Source of the DNA: Caldicoprobacterales bacterium
GTDB lineage: Bacteria > Bacillota > Clostridia > Caldicoprobacterales > UBA3941
Direction: 5' to 3'
Assembly (NCBI GenBank): GCA_050949255.1
Contig: JBMNFJ010000016.1
Location: 787,809 to 851,808 of the forward strand
DNA length: 64,000 bases
Within the stretch, counting starts at the first letter, position 1. Every line of letters begins with the position of its first letter. The notes beneath the pieces were generated by a model. It searched no databases and had not been told where the DNA came from. It saw only the letters and a list, made by a program, of their open reading frames with translations. A program made the translations under genes and the position numbers. Below, piece by piece: positions 9,155 to 18,007 of this stretch.

Positions 9155-10090
9155 CTATGACATTTTTCGTAGATTTTCTATTAATTTATTAAAATATTCA
9201 GGGGGTGACGCTTCAAATTCCATATATTCTTTAGTTGTAGGATGTATTATACCCAGTATTTTTGCATGTAAGGCTTGTCCTTGCAATCTAAACTTCTGCT
9301 TCTTGGATCCATATATGGTATCTCCTACTATAGGATGCTTAATATGGGACATATGAACCCTTATTTGATGAGTCCTGCCTGTTTCTAAGCTTGCTTCTAC
9401 AAGGGTAAATTCTCTAAACCTTTCCAAAACCCGAAAATGTGTAACAGCCTCGCGACTTCCCGGTCCGGTTGCAACCGTCATCTTTTTCCTATCCACTGGA
9501 TGTCTTTTTATGGGGGCATCTATCGTGCCCTCATCTTCTATAATGTTATTTTCAACTATAGCCCAATAAACTCTTAAGGCTTTTCTCGCGGCAATTTGGG
9601 CAGCCAGATACCGATGGGCAGAATCATTCTTGGCTACAACAATAATACCAGATGTGTCCTTATCTAGGCGGTGGACGATCCCTGGCCTAATCTTACCATT
9701 TATACCAGATAAATGATTGCAGTGATAGAGCAGAGCATTTACCAGGGTACCTGAATAATTCCCAGGGGCCGGGTGGACTACCATGCCTTGCGGTTTATTG
9801 ATTACAGCAATATCATTATCCTGATAGATGATATCTAGATCTATATCTTCCGGTTCTAAAGATATCGCCACGGGAGGTGGAATTGAAATCCTTATACACT
9901 CCCCCTCTTTCACCTTATAATTTGGTTTCACATTTTTATTGCTTATGGTTACTCTACCGTCTTTAATTAACTTCTGTATATAGGATCTTGACTCTCCAGG
10001 AATAGTCTCACTTAGAAAAACATCCAATCTTTTCCCATGATGTAAATGCTCTACGCTATATATTTCAATCCTTTCTTCTTGGTTTTTCAA
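9155..10090 (-). CDS. rluD: 23S rRNA pseudouridine synthase, RluD/RluA family
   Basis: 311 aa. N-terminal S4 domain, catalytic HRLDKDTSG motif. Position lspA-rluD-pyrR matches B. subtilis ylyB. TTG start. Confidence 0.88.
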   Translation of the reverse strand: MKNQEERIEIYSVEHLHHGKRLDVFLSETIPGESRSYIQKLIKDGRVTISNKNVKPNYKVKEGECIRISIPPPVAISLEPEDIDLDIIYQDNDIAVINKPQGMVVHPAPGNYSGTLVNALLYHCNHLSGINGKIRPGIVHRLDKDTSGIIVVAKNDSAHRYLAAQIAARKALRVYWAIVENNIIEDEGTIDAPIKRHPVDRKKMTVATGPGSREAVTHFRVLERFREFTLVEASLETGRTHQIRVHMSHIKHPIVGDTIYGSKKQKFRLQGQALHAKILGIIHPTTKEYMEFEASPPEYFNKLIENLRKMS

Positions 10091-10091
10091 T

Positions 10092-10553
10092 TTATATAAC
10101 CTCTTTCATAGGCTTATCAGCGATAAATAGGGTATAAATGGCTAGCAATAGAGTACCTGTAACCACAAAACAATCTGCTATATTGAAAACTGGAAAATCA
10201 ATTAAGGTAAAGTGTAACATATCCACTACATACCCAAATTTAATCCTATCTATTAAATTTCCAATTGCTCCTCCCAGGATCATCGAAAGGCTAATCCTCA
10301 ATAATGAGTCAACATTTGACTGGGTAAAGATATAGTAAACTATGCCTATACTAATGATAATGGTTAAAATAATAAAAAACCACCTCTGATTTTGTAGTAT
10401 ACCAAAGGCAGCACCCCTGTTTTCTACATAAGTAAGGCTAAAAATACCTTTAACGATTTCTATACTTCCAATATCTTTCAGATAGGTAATTGCATAGTAT
10501 TTTGTAACTCTGTCTAATATAACTATTGCCACAACTATTAGTATTTGAAACAT
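10092..10553 (-). CDS. lspA: lipoprotein signal peptidase II
   Basis: 153 aa, four TM segments. Motifs NRGAAFG and FNIADCF. Confidence 0.9.
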   Translation of the reverse strand: MFQILIVVAIVILDRVTKYYAITYLKDIGSIEIVKGIFSLTYVENRGAAFGILQNQRWFFIILTIIISIGIVYYIFTQSNVDSLLRISLSMILGGAIGNLIDRIKFGYVVDMLHFTLIDFPVFNIADCFVVTGTLLLAIYTLFIADKPMKEVI

Positions 10554-10772
10554 TTACATCCCCCTACATTATTACCCTATTCATTATTAGCATAACAATA
10601 AATATTACCCATCTCAGTTCGATTATCCATATTCTAGCCATTTGACTCATTTATCTGAACCTTTTATGATAACACTTAAACAGGCCAGGGAGTAGTCTTT
10701 CTTTCTCTCCGCAGCTTAATAAAATTCTTTTATAAGTGTGATCAGGAGCAATAATACTAAATGCTAAATTAA

Positions 10773-11429
10773 TCAGTCTTGGGTAAGTTGCTTTCTATAG
10801 CCCTCGTTATCCACTGAGTCCACTACCTCACTCAATCCATCTCTTTCTTCACTGCCAATATAGGCATTTTCATAATCTATAAGGGAATTCACGCTAATAT
10901 CTTGAGGGCCACTAGAGCTTCCATATCGCTGAACATCCTGCCATGTATCCTCTCCATCAAAGGCTACATTATCAGTATTATCAGTGAAGGTTCTCCCAAA
11001 AGGATACTCAAGATAGCTTTCTTCTATCGGTCGATCCTTATCTAAATCGCGAGCATCAGAATCAATGGACTCAGTATTTTGACATTCAATACATAATTTA
11101 GCTATAGGATGAGCATTTAGTCTCTCAAAGCCTATATTATTACCACAAAATTCACATATCCCGTAATCACCACTTTCTATTCTTTTCAGTGAGTCCTCTA
11201 TCTGCCTTAAATAGCTTAAATTATGTTTTTCTAATGCATATTGCTTCTCTTTTTCAAAAAGCTCGCTGCCCTGATCCGCTGGATGATTATCATATGAGGA
11301 TAATTCACCCAAATTTTCCTTTATATTGGTGTCTGCAATAAACTCCTGGTTTATCCTCAGTCTTTCAACCGCTATCTTTCTTTCTGATATAAGCTTCTCT
11401 TTTAAATAATTAATCTCTTGGTCCTTCAT
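10773..11429 (-). CDS. YteA-family (TraR/DksA C4 zinc finger) sporulation protein
   Basis: 218 aa. GELSSYDNHPADQGSELFEKEK and CEFCGNNI...CIEC resemble B. subtilis YteA. Confidence 0.75.
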   Translation of the reverse strand: MKDQEINYLKEKLISERKIAVERLRINQEFIADTNIKENLGELSSYDNHPADQGSELFEKEKQYALEKHNLSYLRQIEDSLKRIESGDYGICEFCGNNIGFERLNAHPIAKLCIECQNTESIDSDARDLDKDRPIEESYLEYPFGRTFTDNTDNVAFDGEDTWQDVQRYGSSSGPQDISVNSLIDYENAYIGSEERDGLSEVVDSVDNEGYRKQLTQD

Positions 11430-11523
11430 TGGATGACTCCTTTAAGCTTTTCTTATATGAGTATTCCCCCTTTTTTATTTATTAAAACGGAACCATCAGC
11501 AGTATCATAACATTTACTATCCA

Positions 11524-12009
11524 TCAGCCCTTGGGCAGACTATCTTCATCTATCTCTTCATATGTTGGAATTTCCTGGTTTATCACTTCTAGTTGGGTCT
11601 CCAGTAGGCTTTTGAATCGAGTCTTGAAGACCTGAATCTGTTTTCTGTATTCATCAAACTCCCTTCTTATTTCAATCACCTTATCGTTTGCGTCCTGAAT
11701 TATCTTTCTGGCTTTATTCTCCGCTTCATCTATTATTAAATCTGATCTCTTCTGTGCGGATTCCAGGACATCATTGGCCGCCCTCTGAGCAGTAACCAGG
11801 GTTTCCTTTAAGGTATTCTCCATGGTCTTATAATTACTAATTTGATCTGACAACATTCCCAGACGTTCCTTTAGCTCAATGTTTTCTTTATACAACCTTT
11901 CAAATTCTTCGATTATTTCATCTAAAAAACGGTCAACCTCTTCATCATCATATCCTCTAAAGGATCTTGTAAATTCTTTGTTATGTATATCCATAGGTGT
12001 CAATGCCAT
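11524..12009 (-). CDS. divIVA: cell division/polarity protein DivIVA
   Basis: 161 aa. N-terminus MALTPMDIHNKEFTRSFRGYDDEEVDRFLDEI is the DivIVA signature, followed by a coiled coil. Confidence 0.92.
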   Translation of the reverse strand: MALTPMDIHNKEFTRSFRGYDDEEVDRFLDEIIEEFERLYKENIELKERLGMLSDQISNYKTMENTLKETLVTAQRAANDVLESAQKRSDLIIDEAENKARKIIQDANDKVIEIRREFDEYRKQIQVFKTRFKSLLETQLEVINQEIPTYEEIDEDSLPKG

Positions 12010-12175
12010 TTTAGACCCTCCTTTAATTCATTATTTTTGGCTAATCTATATGTAAAAATCAGTACGATATTATTAATAAAAAATAGATCCAATTTAGTTA
12101 TTTCATAAATTTACAATAGCAGTGTTGCTGGAAATTAATTCATTTGTACTAGGTAGATAGTAAACACTTTATTAA

Positions 12176-12460
12176 TTACCTTAAAAGCGAACCTAACAGG
12201 GTAGTTATAATAGATAATGTAAAGTACGCCAATAGGGGCGAAAAATCAATGGGTAACCCTGAGGTATTTAGTTTGCTCGTAAGAGCACGGAAAGGAGACA
12301 CAATAGGTTCAACAAAACGGGCCAAAAAAGCCCTCACTGGATGCATCGGATCCAGAATCCAAGACAATAAGGAATTGAGAACAATGGCCCAGGATAAAAT
12401 ATTCAAAAACCAAATAACGCTATATACTAAATATCTGAAAACTTGATCATGCCCAAACAA
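12176..12460 (-). CDS. yggT: YggT/YlmG family membrane protein
   Basis: 94 aa, two TM segments. TTG start 7 nt after AGGAGG. Sits in the conserved order yggS-sepF-yggT-divIVA. Confidence 0.8.
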   Translation of the reverse strand: MFGHDQVFRYLVYSVIWFLNILSWAIVLNSLLSWILDPMHPVRAFLARFVEPIVSPFRALTSKLNTSGLPIDFSPLLAYFTLSIITTLLGSLLR

Positions 12461-12471
12461 ACTGGTGCCTC

Positions 12472-12948
12472 CTAATCATCTGATTTTTTGCTTGATAAGG
12501 TAAAAAAGCTCTTCCCCTTTAATTCATCAGGTATATTCCCCACGATATCGACATTGCTAGGAGCCAATACGAAGATACCCCTTGACACCTTCTGAATAGT
12601 TCCATCCAGGGAATAGACGGCACCACTTATAAAATCTAGTACCCTTTGGGCTAAATCAGCATCGAGAGAATCTAGGTTAACTACAATAGGCTTTCGGTTT
12701 TTCAGGTTATCAATAATATTTTGTGTGTCATCAAAGGAAAGAGGCTGATAAACCACAACTTTAACATAGGAAGTTGTATGAATATTAACCACTTTTCCTT
12801 TTTTGCTCCGGGACAAAAAATTTGGTTCAATAAGTTTGTCGTCATCTTTATTTAGATCACTTTCTTCGGCTGTTTCTTCAACTTCCTCTAGTATATCCTC
12901 TTCCAATCCTATAATGTTCAATAGCTTGTTGAAAATCTTATTGGACAT
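12472..12948 (-). CDS. sepF: cell division protein SepF
   Basis: 158 aa. The C-terminal domain (VVVYQPLSFDDTQNIIDNLKNRKPIVVNL...RVLDFISGAVYSLDG) is typical of SepF. Confidence 0.9.
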   Translation of the reverse strand: MSNKIFNKLLNIIGLEEDILEEVEETAEESDLNKDDDKLIEPNFLSRSKKGKVVNIHTTSYVKVVVYQPLSFDDTQNIIDNLKNRKPIVVNLDSLDADLAQRVLDFISGAVYSLDGTIQKVSRGIFVLAPSNVDIVGNIPDELKGKSFFTLSSKKSDD

Positions 12949-12977
12949 GATTATCCTCCTTTAAAATCTTTTGTGGT

Positions 12978-13661
12978 TTAGATATCTTGAAAAATGGCCC
13001 GACCAACACGAACCATATTGGCACCCTCTTCAATAGCGATCATATAGTCGTTGGACATTCCCATAGATAGGTATTCCATGTCTATGTGCTTGAAAGACTT
13101 ATTTCGTAAATTTTCAAAGTGAATCCTTAAACGACGGAAGCATGTCCTGATAGCCTCTTCATCGGTAGTGTTAGGCCCAATACCCATTAAACCTTTAACC
13201 CTTATGTATGGATAGTCGGCCAATGCCTCTATAAAAGACTGCAAGTCCTCTTCATAGATGCCTGATTTGGTGCTTTCTTTTGGCAGATTAACCTGTACTA
13301 ATACCTGTATTAGTCTATTGTTTAATTCTGCCCTTTTGTTGATCTCCTTCGCCAGAGAGATTCTATCCAAAGAATGTATTAGTTCTACTTTATCTATAAT
13401 ATATTTAACCTTATTGGTTTGTAAAGGCCCAATGAAATGCCAATCAACACTTTTTTCTAAAACCCTGTATTTACTCAACATTTCCTGTACTCTACTTTCA
13501 CCAAATTGTGTGATCCCTGCTTTTACAGCCTCGGATATCATTTGTGTTGAGGCATTCTTACTGACAGCTATCACAGATATTTCCCCAGGATCTCTATTGA
13601 CACTTAAGGCTGCTTTGCTTATTTTATCCTTCAATAATCGGATATTATCTGCAATAGACAT
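12978..13661 (-). CDS. yggS: YggS/YlmE family pyridoxal-phosphate homeostasis protein
   Basis: 227 aa. Contains VSKNASTQMI...FGESRVQE...WHFIGPLQTNKVKY. Confidence 0.9.
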   Translation of the reverse strand: MSIADNIRLLKDKISKAALSVNRDPGEISVIAVSKNASTQMISEAVKAGITQFGESRVQEMLSKYRVLEKSVDWHFIGPLQTNKVKYIIDKVELIHSLDRISLAKEINKRAELNNRLIQVLVQVNLPKESTKSGIYEEDLQSFIEALADYPYIRVKGLMGIGPNTTDEEAIRTCFRRLRIHFENLRNKSFKHIDMEYLSMGMSNDYMIAIEEGANMVRVGRAIFQDI

Positions 13662-13720
13662 TTAAATAAATCACTCCCGTTGTCATAAAGTATGGCTTAT
13701 CAAAATTGATAGGCTACTAG

Positions 13721-14926
13721 CTAATTCATTAATATTTTATCGTTTGGCCCAAGAGCATCTGTTTCTTTTATCTTTGATATTATAGCCCATTCTTTATTCT
13801 TAGCTTGTACGTGAACTTCTATATATTGCACTTTTCCATTTAGGAGGATATTTACACCTGTCTTACCCTTTTTCTCAACAATGGCATTACTAGGTACCAT
13901 AAGTCCTTGGGTTGCTGTACCAATCTCTACATGAAGATTTCGGATCCCTAGGATATTTTCAATACCTTCAGTCATTTCCAGGATGATCAGTGTAGAATCC
14001 GCTAGATGCTCTACCCTATACACCCTGCCTATCAGGGAATCCTCGGTGAACCCCGGCAATCGAATTTCCACCGAATCATTTTGTTTATATTGGACATTTT
14101 GATTGGATATAAAGGAAATAATATACCATCTATCAGAAATAACTACCTTAAACAAGGGTACACCAGCCATGGCTTCGCTATTAGTATACTCAGGAGCTTG
14201 ATGCTCAATAATAGATAGGTACTGCTCAGGAGTAAGAAGATCTATGACATCTGGGTTTAACTGGTCTTCCAGACCATCTAATTTAAAGCTAACCAAACCA
14301 GTTTCAGGTGATATGATATCTACTTTCCATTCTTCCAAGATCTCTTCCATATCCCTTTCCTGTTTTAGCAAATGATCCAAATAATTATTCGACAGCTCCC
14401 GCTTGTCTAAAATATCCTTTCTCTTATTTAAGAGCTCCTTAAGCTGATATTCATACCTTCCCATTTCTGATATTGCCCCGTCAAGGGACATGTATTGAAT
14501 AGCACGAAGTACTCCCTGTATATCTTTTTGGACTTTATCATAATCCTCATCCATTAGATCCTGTACCAGATTCTTATTTTGATAATCAGCTATCTTTTGT
14601 TTGATTTTGTACAGGTCTTCCATCATTGTCTTATTATAGTTTTCTTTGTAAAGTATAGCTACCAGATCATCCTTTTCTACCATCTCTCCATCCGAAATAT
14701 GAAAATCCACTTTTCCATAGTTCGGTGAAAAATAAGATTTCTCTTCTCTTACGATAATGCCTTTACATTTATCCCAAATCATTATTTCCCCATACTGAGC
14801 CACATCGTATAAGGGAGGCTTTGATGTAATTTTGATAATAAAATATACAGCTATTAAGGTAATAACCAAGAAAACAAAGAACCTAAGTTTTACCCTCCTG
14901 CCTCCGATAACAATACCCCTTGCCAT
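13721..14926 (-). CDS. membrane-anchored HlyD-like (barrel-sandwich/coiled-coil) protein, function unknown
   Basis: 401 aa. N-terminal TM helix, central coiled coil, beta-rich ends. The family call is tentative. Confidence 0.4.
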   Translation of the reverse strand: MARGIVIGGRRVKLRFFVFLVITLIAVYFIIKITSKPPLYDVAQYGEIMIWDKCKGIIVREEKSYFSPNYGKVDFHISDGEMVEKDDLVAILYKENYNKTMMEDLYKIKQKIADYQNKNLVQDLMDEDYDKVQKDIQGVLRAIQYMSLDGAISEMGRYEYQLKELLNKRKDILDKRELSNNYLDHLLKQERDMEEILEEWKVDIISPETGLVSFKLDGLEDQLNPDVIDLLTPEQYLSIIEHQAPEYTNSEAMAGVPLFKVVISDRWYIISFISNQNVQYKQNDSVEIRLPGFTEDSLIGRVYRVEHLADSTLIILEMTEGIENILGIRNLHVEIGTATQGLMVPSNAIVEKKGKTGVNILLNGKVQYIEVHVQAKNKEWAIISKIKETDALGPNDKILMN

Positions 14927-15062
14927 GTCCTACTCCACCTCTTCATATGACACTTAATATTTCTATATGAAAATAAAAAATCCTCCCAATTTATTAAAAT
15001 ACTTTGTAGGGAGTGAATTAATAATAAACGTAATTTGAAAAAGGCTGTAATAGGTATTACTA

Positions 15063-15488
15063 TTATTTGGGGCAAATTGACTTTGTAATCTTGACATGGC
15101 TGCCATTTCCATCGAATTGGACTTTACTACATAGGGCATTAACCAGCATCAGGCCTCTGCCCCTTTCGGACAACTTAAAGATGTCGTCTCTTTGATAGCC
15201 CTGACACACACGTTTGTAGTCGAATCCCTGGCCTTCATCCTTAATAAGAATATCCAAAGTTGTTGGATTTACCTCCTCAATAGCTACATTGACTTTTTTG
15301 TTACAAAGGCCCTTGTTTCCATGAAAGATTCCATTGGATATTAGTTCATTTAAGATTAGTCGGAATTCATAATATTCATCTTCTTCTAATTTATTCCATT
15401 CCATAATACAAGCCATCATTTCATTTATTAGACCCCTAACGACAAAGGGGTTGTCGCCTATGATTTGCTTTTTAAAGAGCAACCTCAT
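15063..15488 (-). CDS. RsbW/SpoIIAB-type serine protein kinase (GHKL ATPase) with intact ATP-binding boxes
   Basis: Start moved to MRLLFKK (ATG at 15488, SD GGAGGT). N box ELISNGIFHG, G1 box IKDEGQGFD and G2 box ERGRGLMLV are all present. Confidence 0.75.
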   Translation of the reverse strand: MRLLFKKQIIGDNPFVVRGLINEMMACIMEWNKLEEDEYYEFRLILNELISNGIFHGNKGLCNKKVNVAIEEVNPTTLDILIKDEGQGFDYKRVCQGYQRDDIFKLSERGRGLMLVNALCSKVQFDGNGSHVKITKSICPK

Positions 15489-15608
15489 CAGTACTACCTC
15501 CATAGACCATATAATGAGCGAAAACACAACTATAATATCTGTACCACTTTTACGTATAAATAAAACAGCAAATACGCAAATTGGCTATGAATACAACAAG
15601 CTGATATG

Positions 15609-16370
15609 TTATATGGTCCTCTTTATATAGGATCTAAATCGTTCCAGAAGCCTCCGCTCCATCCGGGATATATACATTTGCGAAACACCAATTTCCTCGG
15701 CAATCTCTTTTTGGCTACGTTCATTATAGAAACGTTCGTATAGTACTTTTCGTTCTGTCTCCCCCAAACCGGCCATTATTTTTTCGATAATATCCCTGTC
15801 TTCAACCCGAGAGTAGTTCTTTTCCTCACGTCCAATCATGGCCATCAGATCTGTTTCATTATCCTCATCAATATAATAGTCCAGGGAGGCAGTATTGGTT
15901 AGGTAGCTAGATTCCATCAATTGTAATACCTCTTCCGAAGAGATATTTAAATATTGACCAATCTCTTCTATTTTAGGACTGCGGCCTAACTGGTTTGATA
16001 AATAGGTTCGGGCATCTTCAACCTTTTTAATCATTTCACCCTCTCTTCGAGGTAAACGTATAATCCTGCTTTTATCACGGAAATGATTTTTGATCTCTCC
16101 TATTATTGTTGGGGTCGCAAAGCTAGAAAACTTATAACCTCTATGGATATCGAACCTTTCAAGAGCCTTTATTAACGCCAATGAAGCAACCTGAAACAAA
16201 TCATCATACTCTATTCCCCTATTTACAAACTTCTTCGCAATAATCTCCGCGATGTAGAGATAATGGTTTACCAACTCGTTTCTAAGTTCAATATCTCGGG
16301 TCTCACAATATTTACGAAGAAGTTCTTCCTTATCTTCAGTTTTTATTGTATCCTTTACCTGTCCACACAT
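15609..16370 (-). CDS. group-3 sigma factor of the SigB/SigF/SigG family (closest by eye to SigB)
   Basis: 253 aa. DDLFQVASLALIKALERFD, FATPTIIGEIKNHFRD and SQMYISRMERR match regions 2-4. The segment PRREGEMIKKVEDARTYLSNQLGRSPKIEEIGQYLNISSEEV parallels B. subtilis SigB. Confidence 0.85.
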   Translation of the reverse strand: MCGQVKDTIKTEDKEELLRKYCETRDIELRNELVNHYLYIAEIIAKKFVNRGIEYDDLFQVASLALIKALERFDIHRGYKFSSFATPTIIGEIKNHFRDKSRIIRLPRREGEMIKKVEDARTYLSNQLGRSPKIEEIGQYLNISSEEVLQLMESSYLTNTASLDYYIDEDNETDLMAMIGREEKNYSRVEDRDIIEKIMAGLGETERKVLYERFYNERSQKEIAEEIGVSQMYISRMERRLLERFRSYIKRTI

Positions 16371-16377
16371 TAATCAA

Positions 16378-16770
16378 TTAGACCCCCAGATTTTTATGCA
16401 TTAATATGGCCTGTATTGTGCCATTATCTATTTTATATTCCACTTTATCCATCATAGAACCCAGAATATATTTGCCCAGTTGAGCTTGATCCAAATCATG
16501 AGTAGAAATATCGTTACTTTTCCAATTCCCCTCCCCCATTATTCTGATGCCTATTACCTTTGGTTCTAGGGAGAAACTAACTAATAGTTTATCAGGACTG
16601 GTTAGTTGATTGATAATCATTATAATTGCTTCAGCAACAGCCATCTTAATGTCTTCAATCTGATCCACATCAAAACCTATTCTAGTTGCCACAGCTGCGC
16701 TGGTTAGTCTGGTGATCATAACGTATTCTGGTTTGGCGGGAACAGACAATGTTATTAAATCACTGTTCAT
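16378..16770 (-). CDS. RsbW/SpoIIAB-like anti-sigma factor with degenerate ATP-binding motifs (predicted pseudokinase)
   Basis: 130 aa. N-terminal half (ITLSVPAKPEYVMITRLTSAAVATRIGFDVDQIEDIKMAVAEA) aligns with RsbW. However, the N box reads EAIIMIINQ (Asn and His lost), the G1 box reads IMGEGNW (Asp lost) and the G2 box reads AQLGKY. Confidence 0.7.
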   Translation of the reverse strand: MNSDLITLSVPAKPEYVMITRLTSAAVATRIGFDVDQIEDIKMAVAEAIIMIINQLTSPDKLLVSFSLEPKVIGIRIMGEGNWKSNDISTHDLDQAQLGKYILGSMMDKVEYKIDNGTIQAILMHKNLGV

Positions 16771-17086
16771 TGTTACCCACCTCTATAGTAAAAATTTTGT
16801 CCAAACCCGTAATCACGAAGATCTTCCTAATATATGGTTTCAAGTTTTGAATTTTAATTTCTCCGTCGTACTCCTTTACCCGTCGTAAGGCGCTGATTAA
16901 CACACCTAATCCAGTACTGTCAATGTAGTTCAAGCCACCACAATCTAGGACAAAATTACCCGAGTGACGTTGTATTAATTGGTGTAGCCTTTCCTTGAAT
17001 TCAGGTGCATTGTAGATATCAATTTCGCCGTCTAAGGATATGTACCATGTTTTAGTTGTAGCATCGAATCTTTCACCCAGTACCAT
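16760..17086 (-). CDS. STAS-domain anti-sigma-factor antagonist (RsbV/SpoIIAA type)
   Basis: 108 aa. Contains the motif NYIDSTGLGVLIS with the phosphorylatable Ser. Overlaps the next gene by 11 nt. Confidence 0.88.
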   Translation of the reverse strand: MVLGERFDATTKTWYISLDGEIDIYNAPEFKERLHQLIQRHSGNFVLDCGGLNYIDSTGLGVLISALRRVKEYDGEIKIQNLKPYIRKIFVITGLDKIFTIEVGNNEQ

Positions 17087-17374
17087 ATTAATTTCCCTCC
17101 CATTTATTACTCATACTATTTATCAAAGATAACATACACTTGTCCATCATCTGCGGTCTATATATTCATTAATTTTATACTTAGGCTAATAATCATATTA
17201 TAACATAAAATCAAAAAAAATGTTTTATATTGAATATAATTGGCTGTATTGAGATAATATATTATAATACCCATAATGGCCGAATATTAACACCTCCAAG
17301 CCTTTGTCCGGATAGGTAAAGTAGTCGTTAAAAATAATCTTAAATCACGATAAAATAATTTTGCATTATTTCAC

Positions 17375-17403
17375 TTGACAGTAATATTAAAATATTGTAT
17401 AGT
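17375..17403 (+). promoter_or_regulatory. sigma-A type promoter of the plus-strand tRNA cluster
   Basis: TTGACA-17 nt-TATAGT, 27 nt upstream of tRNA-Pro. Confidence 0.65.
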
Positions 17404-17429
17404 ATTATTCGTCGCCCGAAATAATAGAT

Positions 17430-17506
17430 CGGGGTGTGGCGCAGTTTGGAAGCGCACGTGCTTTGGGAGCATGGGGCCGGGGGTTCAAATCCCTCCACCC
17501 CGACCA
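17430..17506 (+). tRNA. tRNA-Pro(TGG)
   Basis: CGGGGTGTGGCGCAGTTTGGAAGCGCACGTGCTTTGGGAGCATG...CCCCGACCA. Anticodon loop TTTGGGA. Confidence 0.9.
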
Positions 17507-17526
17507 TATAAGAATTATCCTTATGT

Positions 17527-17601
17527 GGCCCCTTGGTCAAGTGGTTAAGACACCGCCCTTTCACGGCGGTAACAGGGGTTCGAGTCCCCTAGGGGTCACC
17601 A
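17527..17601 (+). tRNA. tRNA-Glu(TTC)
   Basis: GGCCCCTTGGTCAAGTGGTTAAGACACCGCCCTTTCACGGCGG...GGGGTCACCA. Anticodon loop CTTTCAC. Confidence 0.9.
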
Positions 17602-17608
17602 TACATAA

Positions 17609-17685
17609 GGGCCTTTAGCTCAGTTGGTTAGAGCAACCGGCTCATAACCGGTCGGTCCGGGGTTCGAGTCCCTGAAGGCCCACCA
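17609..17685 (+). tRNA. tRNA with CAT anticodon, probably tRNA-Ile2 (lysidine) rather than Met
   Basis: GGGCCTTTAGCTCAGTTGGTTAGAGCAACCGGCTCATAACCGGT...AAGGCCCACCA. The body resembles Ile tRNAs as remembered. Anticodon loop CTCATAA. Confidence 0.8.
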
Positions 17686-17702
17686 TTTTCTTTAATATAA
17701 AC

Positions 17703-17779
17703 GGCCCGGTAGTTCAGATGGTTAGAATGCCAGCCTGTCACGCTGGAGGTCGAGGGTTCGAGCCCCTTCCGGGTCGCCA
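17703..17779 (+). tRNA. tRNA-Asp(GTC)
   Basis: GGCCCGGTAGTTCAGATGGTTAGAATGCCAGCCTGTCACGCTGG...CGGGTCGCCA. Anticodon loop CTGTCAC. Confidence 0.9.
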
Positions 17780-17788
17780 TATTTTTTT

Positions 17789-17864
17789 GCCTCGGTAGCT
17801 CAGTCGGTAGAGCAGCAGACTGAAAATCTGCGTGTCGGTGGTTCGATTCCGCCCCGAGGCACCA
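17789..17864 (+). tRNA. tRNA-Phe(GAA)
   Basis: GCCTCGGTAGCTCAGTCGGTAGAGCAGCAGACTGAAAATCTGC...CGAGGCACCA. Anticodon loop CTGAAAA. Confidence 0.9.
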
Positions 17865-17884
17865 TCTTTTTGCCTAGTTGTCGT

Positions 17885-17972
17885 GCGAAAGTGGCGGAAT
17901 TGGCAGACGCGCTAGATTCAGGTTCTAGTGGGCAAAACGCTCATGGGGGTTCGACTCCCCCCTTTCGCACCA
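17885..17972 (+). tRNA. tRNA-Leu(CAG)
   Basis: 88-nt class II tRNA GCGAAAGTGGCGGAATTGGCAGACGCGCTAGATTCAGGTTCTAG...CTTTCGCACCA. Anticodon loop TTCAGGT. Confidence 0.9.
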
Positions 17973-18007
17973 ATACTCCTTTAATATGATTATATTATAA
18001 TTACATT

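Noticed and set aside
14890-15075. 61-aa ORF between the kinase gene and the HlyD-like gene
   Set aside because: It overlaps both neighbours' ends, has no SD and no recognisable motif.
15489-15527. Longer N-terminus (MFSLIIWSMEVVL) for the GHKL kinase
   Set aside because: The extension covers the GGAGGT SD that serves the ATG at 15488. Similar trimming was applied to gerM, spo0A, tlyA, nusB, cinA, pgsA, asp23, amaP, the gamma subunit and the SteB-like gene.
17340-17618. ORFs of 74 and 60 aa over the plus-strand tRNA cluster
   Set aside because: They overlap tRNA-Pro and tRNA-Glu and have no SD.
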